A stretch of 64,000 nt of DNA from an uncultured Lachnospiraceae bacterium. GTDB taxonomy: Bacteria > Bacillota > Clostridia > Oscillospirales > CAG-272. The DNA is taken from assembly GCA_964490165.1 (NCBI GenBank), contig CAZBAR010000004.1, forward strand, positions 12,917 through 76,916. The letters are read 5' to 3'. The translations under genes and the position numbers were made by a program. Numbering within the stretch: position 1 is the stretch's first letter; the number at the start of each line of letters is the position of its first letter. Below are positions 18,226 to 27,406 of the stretch, in pieces. The notes beneath the pieces were generated by a model. The model was not told the DNA's origin, did no database searches, and was given only the letters and a program-made list of their open reading frames with translations.

Positions 18226-18260
18226 AAAAAGCCGAGTTTCCCGATGAAGCTCGGTTTTTT
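18226..18260 (+). terminator. intrinsic terminator of gpmI
   Basis: A 13-bp stem (two G-U pairs), AAAGCCGAGTTTC-ccgat-GAAGCTCGGTTT, followed by a T-run. Confidence 0.65.
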
Positions 18261-18286
18261 GCTTGTAAATGAATTGGGGCATAAAC

Positions 18287-18314
18287 AAAAGGCTCCCCGC
18301 AGGGGGAGCCTTTT
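18287..18314 (-). terminator. intrinsic terminator of ruvX
   Basis: AAAAGGCTCCCC-gcag-GGGGAGCCTTTT, 11 nt beyond the ruvX stop. Confidence 0.7.
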
Positions 18315-18324
18315 GCAAATCACA

Positions 18325-18738
18325 TCACTTCATATTTCTGTCGATATAATCCTGCAATATAATAGTTGCCGACAGCTCGTCTACGTTATCCTTACGCTTT
18401 TTGCCGCGGACATTTATTTCGGAAAGAATGTTGTGGGCGCTTACGGTAGTCAGACGCTCGTCATACAGCTCTACGGGTATGCCTGACATTTCGGAAAGCA
18501 TAGCGGCGAAGGCACGGCATTTTTCGCTGCGCGGTCCCTCTGTTCCGTTCATGTTCAGAGGATTTCCCACAACTATAAGCTCGGCTTTTTTCTCCGCGGC
18601 AGCTGCTGCCACAGCCTCGGCAGTTTTCTTCATGCCCTCCTGCCGCACACAGCCTGCACCGAATGCAAAGGTGCCCGCATTAGTTGCAAGTCCCGTTCTT
18701 GCATCGCCGTAATCGACGCCCAATAGTATTTTTGCCAT
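18325..18738 (-). CDS. ruvX: Holliday junction resolvase-like nuclease RuvX/YqgF
   Basis: 137 aa starting MAKILLGVDYGDARTGLA, the typical YqgF N-terminus. Confidence 0.9.
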   Translation of the reverse strand: MAKILLGVDYGDARTGLATNAGTFAFGAGCVRQEGMKKTAEAVAAAAAEKKAELIVVGNPLNMNGTEGPRSEKCRAFAAMLSEMSGIPVELYDERLTTVSAHNILSEINVRGKKRKDNVDELSATIILQDYIDRNMK

Positions 18739-18761
18739 TTATTATATACCTTTCTGTACGT

Positions 18762-19700
18762 TTATCTTCCTGCTTCTTTTATACTTTTTGCGAAAAGCTT
18801 AACTTCCTTCAGGGTGGGTACTGAGCTTGACGCCCCGGCTCTCGTTACGGATATTGCCGCCGCGATAGTGGCAAAGCGTGCGCCCTCCAGAATATCTCCG
18901 CGCTGCAAATACGCATATGTCAGAGCAGCGGTAAACACGTCTCCTGCCGCAGTTGTGTCGACTGTCTGTACCTTATGGGCAGGTATGATGTGGTAGTATT
19001 TGCCGTCGTACACAAAGCAGCCGCGGCGGCCGAGCTTCAGCACTACATAGCTTGTTTCTATCATAGATGCAATTCGTATGGCGGCTCGCAGGCAGTTTTC
19101 AACTGAGTCGGGCATAATACCTGTAAGGGCGAAGCATTCCGTTTCATTGGGGGACACTACCTCGGCTTTTTCAAGTGCGGACAGGTCAAAGCCCTCGTGC
19201 ACGGGGCCGGCGTCTACAAACAGGGGTATCTCGCGCTCTCTTGCAAAGCGCGCAGCGGCAATCACAGCCTCGTCAGGTGCTTCAAGCTGAACGAAAACAC
19301 CGTCTGGATAGCAGTTGAAAGCCTCCTCAACGTCGTCCTCCGTAAGGCGAGTGCCTGCTCCCGGATATACTATAATGCGGTTTGTGCCGTCGTCCTCAAC
19401 CAGTATAGATGCAAGTCCTGTGGACAGCTCTCTGTCGCGAACTATAAAGCGGGTGTCAATGCCCTCGTTTTTGTACAGCTCCAAAAGGCGGTCTCCGTTG
19501 TCGTCCCGCCCTATACGGGTGCAAAACACACTGTCGCCGCCCAGGCGCGCAAAAGTAACGGCGCTGTTGGCGCCCTTGCCTCCGGGCACATAGCTGTAGG
19601 TGTTTTCCTCCACAACAGTTTCGCCTGCCGCAGGCAGCTTGGCGACTCTTTGAACAAAATCCATATTTGCCGAGCTTACAACGAGTATTCTGCGTTTCAT
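18762..19700 (-). CDS. rbsK: ribokinase / PfkB-family sugar kinase
   Basis: 312 aa with SSANMDF..PGGKGANSAV..DTTAAGDVF motifs. Confidence 0.8.
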   Translation of the reverse strand: MKRRILVVSSANMDFVQRVAKLPAAGETVVEENTYSYVPGGKGANSAVTFARLGGDSVFCTRIGRDDNGDRLLELYKNEGIDTRFIVRDRELSTGLASILVEDDGTNRIIVYPGAGTRLTEDDVEEAFNCYPDGVFVQLEAPDEAVIAAARFAREREIPLFVDAGPVHEGFDLSALEKAEVVSPNETECFALTGIMPDSVENCLRAAIRIASMIETSYVVLKLGRRGCFVYDGKYYHIIPAHKVQTVDTTAAGDVFTAALTYAYLQRGDILEGARFATIAAAISVTRAGASSSVPTLKEVKLFAKSIKEAGR

Positions 19701-19850
19701 TATGACCTGACCTGCCTTTCTGCCGATGATAAATGTCTATATTAAATTATATAACTTTTTTCGCACTTTTTCAAGTATATAGCGTATATTTGGTTGCAAT
19801 ACGAATTATCCTGTGTTAAAATTATAAAAAAAGCACAGGAGACATTGTAT

Positions 19851-21509
19851 ATGCCGAATATTATATTCAAAACTATTGCCGAAACCGAGAAATGCTTTCT
19901 TGATGAGAGGATAGAAACTAAAAAAGAATATACCGAGGGCTCAATGCTTCTCGGCGAACGCTTCAGCTTTCAGCTTTGCTGGCAGTTTGCCGAGGAGGAC
20001 AAAAACGAGCAGAGAACTATAGGATATCTGAAGGTGGAAAGCCCTGTTTCGGACTGGGTAAGCGTGCAGCGTGTAGATCACGTGCCTGTCAGAATGACGA
20101 CAAATCCCGGTGTTACCGACGAGAATTATCTTCGCAAGGAGCCGGGAATTTATCCCGACCTGCTTCGCCCTATGAACGAAAAAACAAGAATTACCGCAAA
20201 CAGCGCGCTGTATTCCGCATGGGTGGATATCCGTGTGCCTGAGGACGCTGAGGGCGGCAGATATCCTATAACCTTCACCTTTGTCGATCTTGAGGGAAAT
20301 ACTGTCGCAGAGTGTACTTTTACTGCCGAGGTAATTCCGGCGCTGCTGCCTGATCAGGAGATAGCAGTAACACAGTGGTTCCACGCCGACTGCCTTGCGG
20401 CATACTACGGTGTTGAGATGTTCTCCGAGGAGCACTGGGCGATCATTTCGCGGTTTATCGACACCGCTGTTGACAACGGCATCAATATGATACTCACTCC
20501 CGTTCTCACTCCCGCACTGGATACCTACATCGGCGGCGAGCGCCCTACAACTCAGCTTGTAGATATATCCTGCAAGGGCGGCAAGTGGTCCTTTGGTTAC
20601 GATAAGCTGGAAAGATGGGTAAATATGTGTCTTGACCTCGGCGTTGAGTATTTTGAGATCGCTCATCTGTTCACGCAGTGGGGGGCGCATCATGCTCCTA
20701 AGGTCATGGTGGACACAGACTACGGATATATTCGTATGTTCGGATGGGATACGGACGCCTGCGGCGAGGAGTATCGCGCGTTTCTGGCAGCTTTTCTGCC
20801 GTCCTTGCTTGAAAAGCTTGAGGAGCTTGGAGTTAAGGACGTTTGCCGCTTCCACATCTCCGACGAACCGGGCGGAGATAAGCTGGAGAGCTATCTTGCG
20901 GCAAAAAGCGTTGTCGCCGATCTTCTTGACGGCTGCATCATAATGGACGCTCTTTCCGATTACAGCTTCTACGAGCAGGGCGTTGTGGAGAAGCCCGTTG
21001 TATCTATCGATCATATGCAGCCCTATCTTGACGCAGGTGTTGAAGATCTTTGGACATACTACTGCTGCTGTCAGGACACAGGTGTTTCAAACCGTTTTCT
21101 GTCTATGCCCACTTCGCGCAACAGAATAATCGGTCAGCAGTTCTATAAATATAATATCGAGGGATTTTTGCATTGGGGCTATAACTTCTACTTTGCCCAC
21201 GAGTCTACCGAGTTCTGCGACCCGTATATCTGCACTGACGGCGGCTTCTGGGTTCCCGCTGGAGACGCGTTCTCCGTATACCCCGCACCCGGCGGCAGCG
21301 CATACGAAACGATCCACCTGCTTGGCTTTACTGCGGCGCTGTACGACCTCAGAGCCTTTAAGCTTTGCGAGGAGCTGTGCGGCAGAGACGCGGTTATGGA
21401 GGTAATCGAGGAAGCCGGCGAAGTAGGATTTAAGGAATATCCCACAGGTGACGAGCAGGTGCTCGCGGTGCGTGAGAGAATAAACAGACTTATTGCAGAA
21501 AATGCGTGA
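19851..21509 (+). CDS. DUF4091 (GH123-like) domain protein, cytoplasmic form
   Basis: The ORF runs from 19794. The preferred start is ATG at 19851 (MPNIIFKTIAETEKCFLDE), preceded by AGGAGA. The C-terminal region IEGFLHWGYNFYF..GDAFSVYP is typical of DUF4091. Confidence 0.75.
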   Translation: MPNIIFKTIAETEKCFLDERIETKKEYTEGSMLLGERFSFQLCWQFAEEDKNEQRTIGYLKVESPVSDWVSVQRVDHVPVRMTTNPGVTDENYLRKEPGIYPDLLRPMNEKTRITANSALYSAWVDIRVPEDAEGGRYPITFTFVDLEGNTVAECTFTAEVIPALLPDQEIAVTQWFHADCLAAYYGVEMFSEEHWAIISRFIDTAVDNGINMILTPVLTPALDTYIGGERPTTQLVDISCKGGKWSFGYDKLERWVNMCLDLGVEYFEIAHLFTQWGAHHAPKVMVDTDYGYIRMFGWDTDACGEEYRAFLAAFLPSLLEKLEELGVKDVCRFHISDEPGGDKLESYLAAKSVVADLLDGCIIMDALSDYSFYEQGVVEKPVVSIDHMQPYLDAGVEDLWTYYCCCQDTGVSNRFLSMPTSRNRIIGQQFYKYNIEGFLHWGYNFYFAHESTEFCDPYICTDGGFWVPAGDAFSVYPAPGGSAYETIHLLGFTAALYDLRAFKLCEELCGRDAVMEVIEEAGEVGFKEYPTGDEQVLAVRERINRLIAENA

Positions 21510-21638
21510 AAATTACATTAGATTAGACTCTATGTACAATTATTTCACGCCCAAATTCACTTAAAAATGGACCAAGCCATTTTTAAGTGAATTTCGTTAC
21601 TGTTTGTACCGCCGCAAGGCGTCGGAATGGAGATTAAA

Positions 21639-23102
21639 ATGAAAAAGCTTTCATTGATACTTGTGATACTTGCTGCCGTGCTGCTGATCACGTCCCTTGC
21701 GGGATGCAAGGGCAGCAGCGGCACAGGCGGGCGCGACAGCAATGCGGATTTTACGCCTGAGGACGGCGAGGAGTATGCCGATGTGCCCGTAAAAGACTGG
21801 AAGGGAACGCATTTCGTTATCCTGAACTCAAATACCGACTCCCCTGCCTCAAAGCTTACTATGGAGGAGACGGACGGCAACAACCTTAACGACGCCATTT
21901 TCCGCCGCACCACCAATGTTGAAGCAAGACTGAACATTACTATAGAGGAACTGCGGGACAGTGATGAGAATATTTATGATATGACTGTGCAAAGCTGCCT
22001 TGCCAACGAGGCGGCGTATGACGCGGTCTGTATGAGCGCGCGCCGTATGTCATCATTGGCGGTCAGCGGCTATCTTGCAGAGGATAAGAAGCTTGACGGC
22101 ATTGATCTTTCAAAGCCTTGGTGGAATTCTGAGGTGACAGACGAGGCTAATGTTGATGACGTAAACTATTACTTTTTCGGCGATATGCAGCTTTCGTTTT
22201 TTGATGCTCACAGTATGGTCGGCGTAAATATGGATATGGCAGAGAACATAGCTTCTGTAGTAGATCCGTATAAGGCTGTTTGCAACGGAAGCTGGACTAT
22301 TGATAAAATGCTGGCAATGGCGGCGGAGGCGGCGAATGATCTTGACGGCAACGGAAGTGTTACGTCTGACGATATTTTCGGTATTTCTCTGGAGCAGTCG
22401 TCATTGCTTCCTGCGATCTACGGATGCGGCGTGCGGCTTTCGCGATCTGACGAGTACGGATTGCCGGAGCTTGAATATCCGCAGAACGAAGCCTTTTACG
22501 ATGTGTTCAAGAAAGTATCAGACTCTCTGTTCTCCGGCGGAGATGTGGTGTATGACCCCGAGCGGGTCGCGGGTGATACGGTAAGTGCGGCGTCCCAGTT
22601 TAAGCGCGGCAGCAGTCTGTTCTTTATTACTGATATCGGCAGCCTGTATTCTCTGAGAACTATGGAATATGAGTTCGGAGTGCTTCCGATGCCCAAATAC
22701 AGCGAAATCCAAAAGGACTATGTCTCGCTTATCAGTGCAGAGAACGTAACGGCAGTGGGCGTTCCCGTTACGGCAAAGGGACTGTCCTTCAGCGGGGCAG
22801 TGCTTGAGAATATTGCAGCAGAGTCGCACCGTGAGGGCGGCACGGCGCAGTGTTATGTTGATACGGTGCTTTCATTCAGATATGTAAACGACGAGGCTTC
22901 AAGAGAAAATCTAACAAGCATTCTTCACAGCGGAACTCTTGACACGGCGGATATATATAACTGGGGCGGTGTGTGCGATACTTTGGCAGGCATTGCGGGA
23001 AAGGCTGATGTGTATTCCTCCACACTTGACCGTATAGAGCGCGAGGTCCGGTCGGAGCTTAGCAAGACCGTAACAGAGATAAATAAAAACAGAATGAAGT
23101 AA
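21639..23102 (+). CDS. lipoprotein, extracellular solute-binding-protein-like (orphan)
   Basis: MKKLSLILVILAAVLLITSLAGC lipobox, with GGAG 6 nt upstream of ATG at 21639. The size and composition resemble a sugar-binding protein. No adjacent permease genes. Confidence 0.55.
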   Translation: MKKLSLILVILAAVLLITSLAGCKGSSGTGGRDSNADFTPEDGEEYADVPVKDWKGTHFVILNSNTDSPASKLTMEETDGNNLNDAIFRRTTNVEARLNITIEELRDSDENIYDMTVQSCLANEAAYDAVCMSARRMSSLAVSGYLAEDKKLDGIDLSKPWWNSEVTDEANVDDVNYYFFGDMQLSFFDAHSMVGVNMDMAENIASVVDPYKAVCNGSWTIDKMLAMAAEAANDLDGNGSVTSDDIFGISLEQSSLLPAIYGCGVRLSRSDEYGLPELEYPQNEAFYDVFKKVSDSLFSGGDVVYDPERVAGDTVSAASQFKRGSSLFFITDIGSLYSLRTMEYEFGVLPMPKYSEIQKDYVSLISAENVTAVGVPVTAKGLSFSGAVLENIAAESHREGGTAQCYVDTVLSFRYVNDEASRENLTSILHSGTLDTADIYNWGGVCDTLAGIAGKADVYSSTLDRIEREVRSELSKTVTEINKNRMK

Positions 23103-23106
23103 AAGT

Positions 23107-23150
23107 AAAAGGCATATCCCGTCTGCGAACGCAGATGGGATATGTCTTTT
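23107..23150. terminator. bidirectional intrinsic terminator
   Basis: A 16-bp stem, GGCATATCCCGTCTGC-gaac-GCAGATGGGATATGTC, flanked by AAAA and TTTT. It lies between convergent genes. Confidence 0.75.
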
Positions 23151-23166
23151 ATTAAGTCAAGTGTAT

Positions 23167-23364
23167 TTAATCGTATCGTTTCATTTTTTCAAGGCAGGCG
23201 AGAAGCCAGTTGCATTCATCGCAGCAGCATTCGATAAGATTGCCGTCATCATCCACGGTTTTTCCGTTTCCGCGGCAAATGTCAGGTCTGCCGGGTGAAA
23301 GCACTGTGCCGGTAATGTCAACAAAGCTGTCAGGAAGTTTTTTATCTGAGTTAAAGATATTCAT
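23167..23364 (-). CDS. small Cys-rich hypothetical protein (65 aa)
   Basis: MNIFNSDKKLPDSFVDITGTVLSPGRPDICRGNGKTVDDDGNLIECCCDECNWLLACLEKMKRYD. GGAG lies 6 nt upstream of ATG at 23364, and a terminator lies downstream. No family recognised. Confidence 0.5.
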   Translation of the reverse strand: MNIFNSDKKLPDSFVDITGTVLSPGRPDICRGNGKTVDDDGNLIECCCDECNWLLACLEKMKRYD

Positions 23365-23385
23365 TTTTTTCTCCATAATAAAAAA

Positions 23386-23409
23386 GTGCGCCAACCGAAG
23401 TCAACGCAC
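23386..23409 (-). promoter_or_regulatory. UUCG-capped terminator-like hairpin directly upstream of the small ORF ribosome-binding site (RBS)
   Basis: Minus strand reads GTGCGTTGAC-ttcg-GTTGGCGCAC followed by TTTTTTATTAT, then GGAG and ATG. Confidence 0.45.
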
Positions 23410-23546
23410 CGAAAAACGCAAACCCCGATTGTCGCCAAACAAATCTACGCAGAAAGGGATGTTGTACTACTTGACAGTATAACACACACAATAGAGCTGG
23501 AATTTGCATTTTTACCAAATTTATTTGATTTATTGTCCTGAGAGCC

Positions 23547-24362
23547 TTATTCCTCGCCTGTGTAATTTACAAGGCTTACGAACACTTTTTTGTGCCTTTC
23601 AAGATATGCCTGCCGTTTTTCTTCACTTTTAAGGTCAAGTGCGGCGGGCTGACGCAGACCTATAACCGTATCTGCGGGCATGAACTGTATGTCGGGGTTG
23701 CTTTTGTAAAACTCGGTATCGCCCAGTCTTATGCCGTACTCTCCGTAGGCTGAGGCGGGGATTTCACCGTCAAAAATGTCGGAAAGCGGAATAAACGCGC
23801 CGGACTTTGCCATGGGGTCAAACAGTCCGGGATCAAGCATACATATCATATGCTTTGCCGCTGTCATCTCCATTTGATATCGCTGAAGCGCTGCTGCGTT
23901 GGCGCTTGCGTCGTAGGTGTAGTCGGGATTTGCCTTGCGGCGCTCCTCCAGCAGCTCAGGACTGATATACATATTGTCGGCAAAGCTTATGGCTTTTTTA
24001 CCGTCTCCGTTTACGTCGTCCATAGCAGACAGTATTGTTTTCTCCAGATTTTCATACTGGTAGCCTATCATAGGCTGCGGACCTGTATACATTATATATA
24101 CGTCCGGATCAACGTGAGTAATAAGCTGAACAAGCAGCACCACACCGAAAACCACTGCGGCTATAATAATTCCGGCGTGCCATTTGTGCCTGTACCAAAA
24201 GTCCTCAAGCCTGCCTATTTTTTTGCCGCCTATAGCGCTTTCGTGAGGGTTAGTTGCATCCTCTCCCGTGCCGCGCAAAACCTTCATTGCGTTGGATTCT
24301 TCTATTTCAAAATCCTTCGGCACTGCGTCCTCTCTTTGAGTTTTTCTGTCTTTATCAGTCAT
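23547..24362 (-). CDS. single-pass membrane protein, hypothetical
   Basis: 271 aa with one hydrophobic helix (AGIIIAAVVFGVVLLVQLI). No recognisable catalytic motif. Confidence 0.6.
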   Translation of the reverse strand: MTDKDRKTQREDAVPKDFEIEESNAMKVLRGTGEDATNPHESAIGGKKIGRLEDFWYRHKWHAGIIIAAVVFGVVLLVQLITHVDPDVYIMYTGPQPMIGYQYENLEKTILSAMDDVNGDGKKAISFADNMYISPELLEERRKANPDYTYDASANAAALQRYQMEMTAAKHMICMLDPGLFDPMAKSGAFIPLSDIFDGEIPASAYGEYGIRLGDTEFYKSNPDIQFMPADTVIGLRQPAALDLKSEEKRQAYLERHKKVFVSLVNYTGEE

Positions 24363-24378
24363 ATTTACGACCTCTTAA

Positions 24379-25215
24379 TTATTTAAGATATTCCATCAAA
24401 ACCTCGGCAAGGCTCTCGGCAAATTTGTCCTGCCATACCTCGTTTTTCAGATCGGCGGCGTCGCTCTGATTGGTAGCGTACCCCGTTTCTATAAGGATAG
24501 ACGGTGCATTGGTGTATTTATTCACGACATATGCTTCTTCGTAATTATCCTCAAAAATGCGAACCTCAGAGGAAAACTTGTCAGTGAGCATATTTTCAAT
24601 ACCTTCGGTCAGTCTTCTCAAAAATCCCACAGAGGGATTTTTTTCATAGTAGTCAACGGAAAAGCCTGAGATCTCAGGGTGATCCTCGATGCTGTTGACG
24701 TGAATGGATACGAACAGGTCAAAATGATGTGTTTCGTCCAGAACATTCAGCCATACGCTGCGCTCATACGCGCTGAAAATGTCGTTGTCCTTGATTTTGT
24801 CGGGATCGGCATTTATTCCGAGAGCGGAGGCGGAGGCAAGTATTTCATTCTCATCGGGATAGCTTTTGCCGTCGTGGGTAAGAACGACCTCAGCGCCTTT
24901 TTTCTCCAGCTGAGCCTGTAGTTTTTTTGTTATGACGAGGGTAATGTCCTTTTCGTCAAAGCCGTAGGGCGACTGACATCCGACATCACCGAAACCGTGA
25001 CCTGCGTCAAGGCAGATCACCGTTTTGCCGTCGTCGCGCATATTGCCTGTAATATTTCCGTAATCGGAAAGTAAGGCTTCCGTAATATCAGGCTCGCCTG
25101 AAGTTTCCTCAGTCTCTGCATCTGTATCGGCGTTTCTCCGTACGCACGAAAAAAGTGCAGATGCAGCTGACAGTATCAAAATGCAAAGTACAAGCTTTTG
25201 AATGAATTTTTTCAT
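24379..25215 (-). CDS. N-acetylmuramoyl-L-alanine amidase (Amidase_3), lipoprotein
   Basis: Lipobox ALFSC, then VICLDAGHGFGD..FVSIHVNS..LIETGYATN Zn-amidase motifs. Confidence 0.8.
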   Translation of the reverse strand: MKKFIQKLVLCILILSAASALFSCVRRNADTDAETEETSGEPDITEALLSDYGNITGNMRDDGKTVICLDAGHGFGDVGCQSPYGFDEKDITLVITKKLQAQLEKKGAEVVLTHDGKSYPDENEILASASALGINADPDKIKDNDIFSAYERSVWLNVLDETHHFDLFVSIHVNSIEDHPEISGFSVDYYEKNPSVGFLRRLTEGIENMLTDKFSSEVRIFEDNYEEAYVVNKYTNAPSILIETGYATNQSDAADLKNEVWQDKFAESLAEVLMEYLK

Positions 25216-25234
25216 TTATATTTATTCTTTATTC

Positions 25235-25957
25235 TTATTTTTCTGATCCTTTTTGCTTCATAGCTGCAAACAGTGCCTTCATATCCTCAAATTCCGCATA
25301 GGCACGCTGCCATGTCCAGTGGTTCATACCTTCATATTCTCTGTAGGTCACATCAGTGCCGCCGGCAGCTCTGATAGCCGCTACAATATCTCTTGTACCG
25401 CTTACTGGCACCTCATCGTCAACATCGCCGTGATAGGTAAATATAGGCTTGTCCACCAAGACGCCCGCAGCATCGGGAGCGCCGCTTCCGCAGCAGATAA
25501 AGCCGCCCTTAAATATGTCAGGGTGACGTGAAAGCGCGTCCCATGAGCCGAAGCCGCCCATGGAAATTCCCATAACTGCTACAAGGTCGGTGTCGATATC
25601 GTATTCCTTTATCGCGTTTTCAATAAGCTCAACAGCGGCAGCCAGATAAGGCGTTTCAGGTACATCGGATATTTTATACGCACCTTCTCTCCACGGCGTT
25701 GCGACCCACTGCTTTTCAAGAGGGCACTGGGGAGCTATAATATATGCGTCGTGCAGGGGGCTTTCGGGGTCATTAAGTGCGTCAAGCGCGCCCCAGCGAA
25801 GCTGCATCTCGTTGTCGTCGCCGCGCTCGCCCGCGCCGTGCATAAACAGAACCAGAGGATATTTTTTGCCATCTTCCATAGTCTCAGGCTTATGAAAGCG
25901 GTAGGGAAGTGTGATACCGTGCGACCTGTAAGTCTCTTTTGAAAAACGCTGTGACAT
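25235..25957 (-). CDS. alpha/beta-hydrolase esterase (phospholipase/carboxylesterase or CE1-like)
   Basis: YPLVLFMHGAGERG..GISMGGFGSW (GxSxG nucleophile)..HGDVDDEVP..MNHWTW. The first ATG at 25957 was chosen; the ORF-track start is a TTG. Confidence 0.7.
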   Translation of the reverse strand: MSQRFSKETYRSHGITLPYRFHKPETMEDGKKYPLVLFMHGAGERGDDNEMQLRWGALDALNDPESPLHDAYIIAPQCPLEKQWVATPWREGAYKISDVPETPYLAAAVELIENAIKEYDIDTDLVAVMGISMGGFGSWDALSRHPDIFKGGFICCGSGAPDAAGVLVDKPIFTYHGDVDDEVPVSGTRDIVAAIRAAGGTDVTYREYEGMNHWTWQRAYAEFEDMKALFAAMKQKGSEK

Positions 25958-26004
25958 AGTTATAAAATTCCTTTTCCTTTTCAATTATATATTTATATAT
26001 TATA

Positions 26005-26925
26005 TCAGAAAAATATCAGCCCGGCAGCCGTGCCGAAGGCAAGTCCGCAAATATACAGCAGTATAAGTACGGTAAGGTTTTCTTTTATGCTTTGATTTGT
26101 GCGGAAAAGCACAAGCAGTCCGCTGCCCGCGCCCGTCATAAGTCCGCACAGCATCATAGGCGCGCTTATAATTCCGTCAAGGTAAAATTCTGTCATTGCA
26201 ACCGATACGGCGCAGTTCGGTATAAGACCCAGCAGTGCCGATATCATACAGCCCGGTACGGGATGCTTTCTTAAAAACTCTGCGAGCGCATCGCTGTCGA
26301 CAAAGGCAAATATTATGCCGATAACTACGGAAATTATAAAAATAAATAAAAGTATACGTGCAGTGCGCCGAAGGGCAGACACAAACAAATTGCCGCTGAC
26401 GGCACAGCAGCCGTCAGTGCAGCCGCACTCGGCAGCAGCGTCAGCCGCTTCTTCCTCGTCTATCTCCTCACCGTCCTCAGCCGTGCGCTCGGCACGGCGC
26501 TGTGACAGGGCGTATATCAGTCGTATGATACCGTCAACAAGAAATCCGCATACTATGGCGCAGCCTGCCTTAACGGCAAGTATTTTCAGCATTACTGTAA
26601 GCTCCGTGCGCTGAGACACCATAACGGCTATCATCTCGTCAGAGGTAGACAGATAGACCGCCAAAAGCGTTCCGGTAGTAAGAAGTCCTGCACCGTACAA
26701 ATTGGAGGCTGCTGCGGAAAATCCGCAGGAGGGTATAACGCCGAGCAGTCCCGCCGGCAGAGGCCCTATCTTATCGGCAGCCAGTATAGCACCGACCATT
26801 CGCCGTCCCGCGCCGCGCTCGATCAGTCCGATAACTATAAATGCGGCGAACATAAACGGCAAAATAAGTGCCGTATCCCGAAGCGCGTCCAGCAGAACTT
26901 CGGGCAAAATCTCAAAAAAATTCAT
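26005..26925 (-). CDS. polytopic membrane protein, ArsP_2/DUF2899-like putative metal(loid) exporter
   Basis: 306 aa with about 8-10 hydrophobic helices. N-terminus MNFFEILPEVLLDALRDTALILPFMF. Central acidic, Cys-rich loop ECGCTDGCCAVSG. Confidence 0.45.
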   Translation of the reverse strand: MNFFEILPEVLLDALRDTALILPFMFAAFIVIGLIERGAGRRMVGAILAADKIGPLPAGLLGVIPSCGFSAAASNLYGAGLLTTGTLLAVYLSTSDEMIAVMVSQRTELTVMLKILAVKAGCAIVCGFLVDGIIRLIYALSQRRAERTAEDGEEIDEEEAADAAAECGCTDGCCAVSGNLFVSALRRTARILLFIFIISVVIGIIFAFVDSDALAEFLRKHPVPGCMISALLGLIPNCAVSVAMTEFYLDGIISAPMMLCGLMTGAGSGLLVLFRTNQSIKENLTVLILLYICGLAFGTAAGLIFF

Positions 26926-26926
26926 T

Positions 26927-27364
26927 TTATTTCTTCTCTACAGCGTTCTTCAAAATAAGAATGCCTTCTTTATATCCTTCAAATCCCTTGCCGCAGATCT
27001 TTGCAATGCAGGCAGGGGTAACGAAAGAGTGACGGCGGAACTCTTCACGGCTGTTTACGTCGGAAAGATGCACCTCAACAGCGGGAAGTCCCACTGCCTT
27101 CAGTGCGTCCAGTATCGCCACACTTGTGTGGGTGTATGCCGCGGGATTTATAAGGATCGCGTCAAACTGACCGTATGCAGCCTGTATTTCGTCTACTATG
27201 TCGCCCTCGTGATTTGACTGAAACAGGCGGCACTGTATGCTCTCGCTCTCGCATATATCCGTGACGTAGGCGCAAAGAGATTTGTAGTCCTTCTTGCCGT
27301 ATATATCAGGCTCTCTCAGTCCCAAAAGGTTCAGATTGGGGCCGTTTATTATAAGAAGCTTCAT
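26927..27364 (-). CDS. aroQ: type II 3-dehydroquinate dehydratase
   Basis: MKLLIINGPNLNLLGLREPDIYG..HLSDVNSREEFR. Confidence 0.92.
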   Translation of the reverse strand: MKLLIINGPNLNLLGLREPDIYGKKDYKSLCAYVTDICESESIQCRLFQSNHEGDIVDEIQAAYGQFDAILINPAAYTHTSVAILDALKAVGLPAVEVHLSDVNSREEFRRHSFVTPACIAKICGKGFEGYKEGILILKNAVEKK

Positions 27365-27406
27365 TTACATTTAATACCTTTCATTTCATTTATTACTATT
27401 ATATTA

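Noticed and set aside
19941-21014. 357-aa minus-strand ORF overlapping the DUF4091 gene. Similar antisense or out-of-frame ORFs occur at 12312..12932, 14167..14769, 15412..16110, 34650..35315, 47823..48479, 49374..50078, 57210..57827 and 60565..61269.
   Set aside because: All lie entirely inside strongly supported genes on the other strand or in another frame. Their composition is low-complexity or Arg/Cys/His-rich, and they have no RBS.
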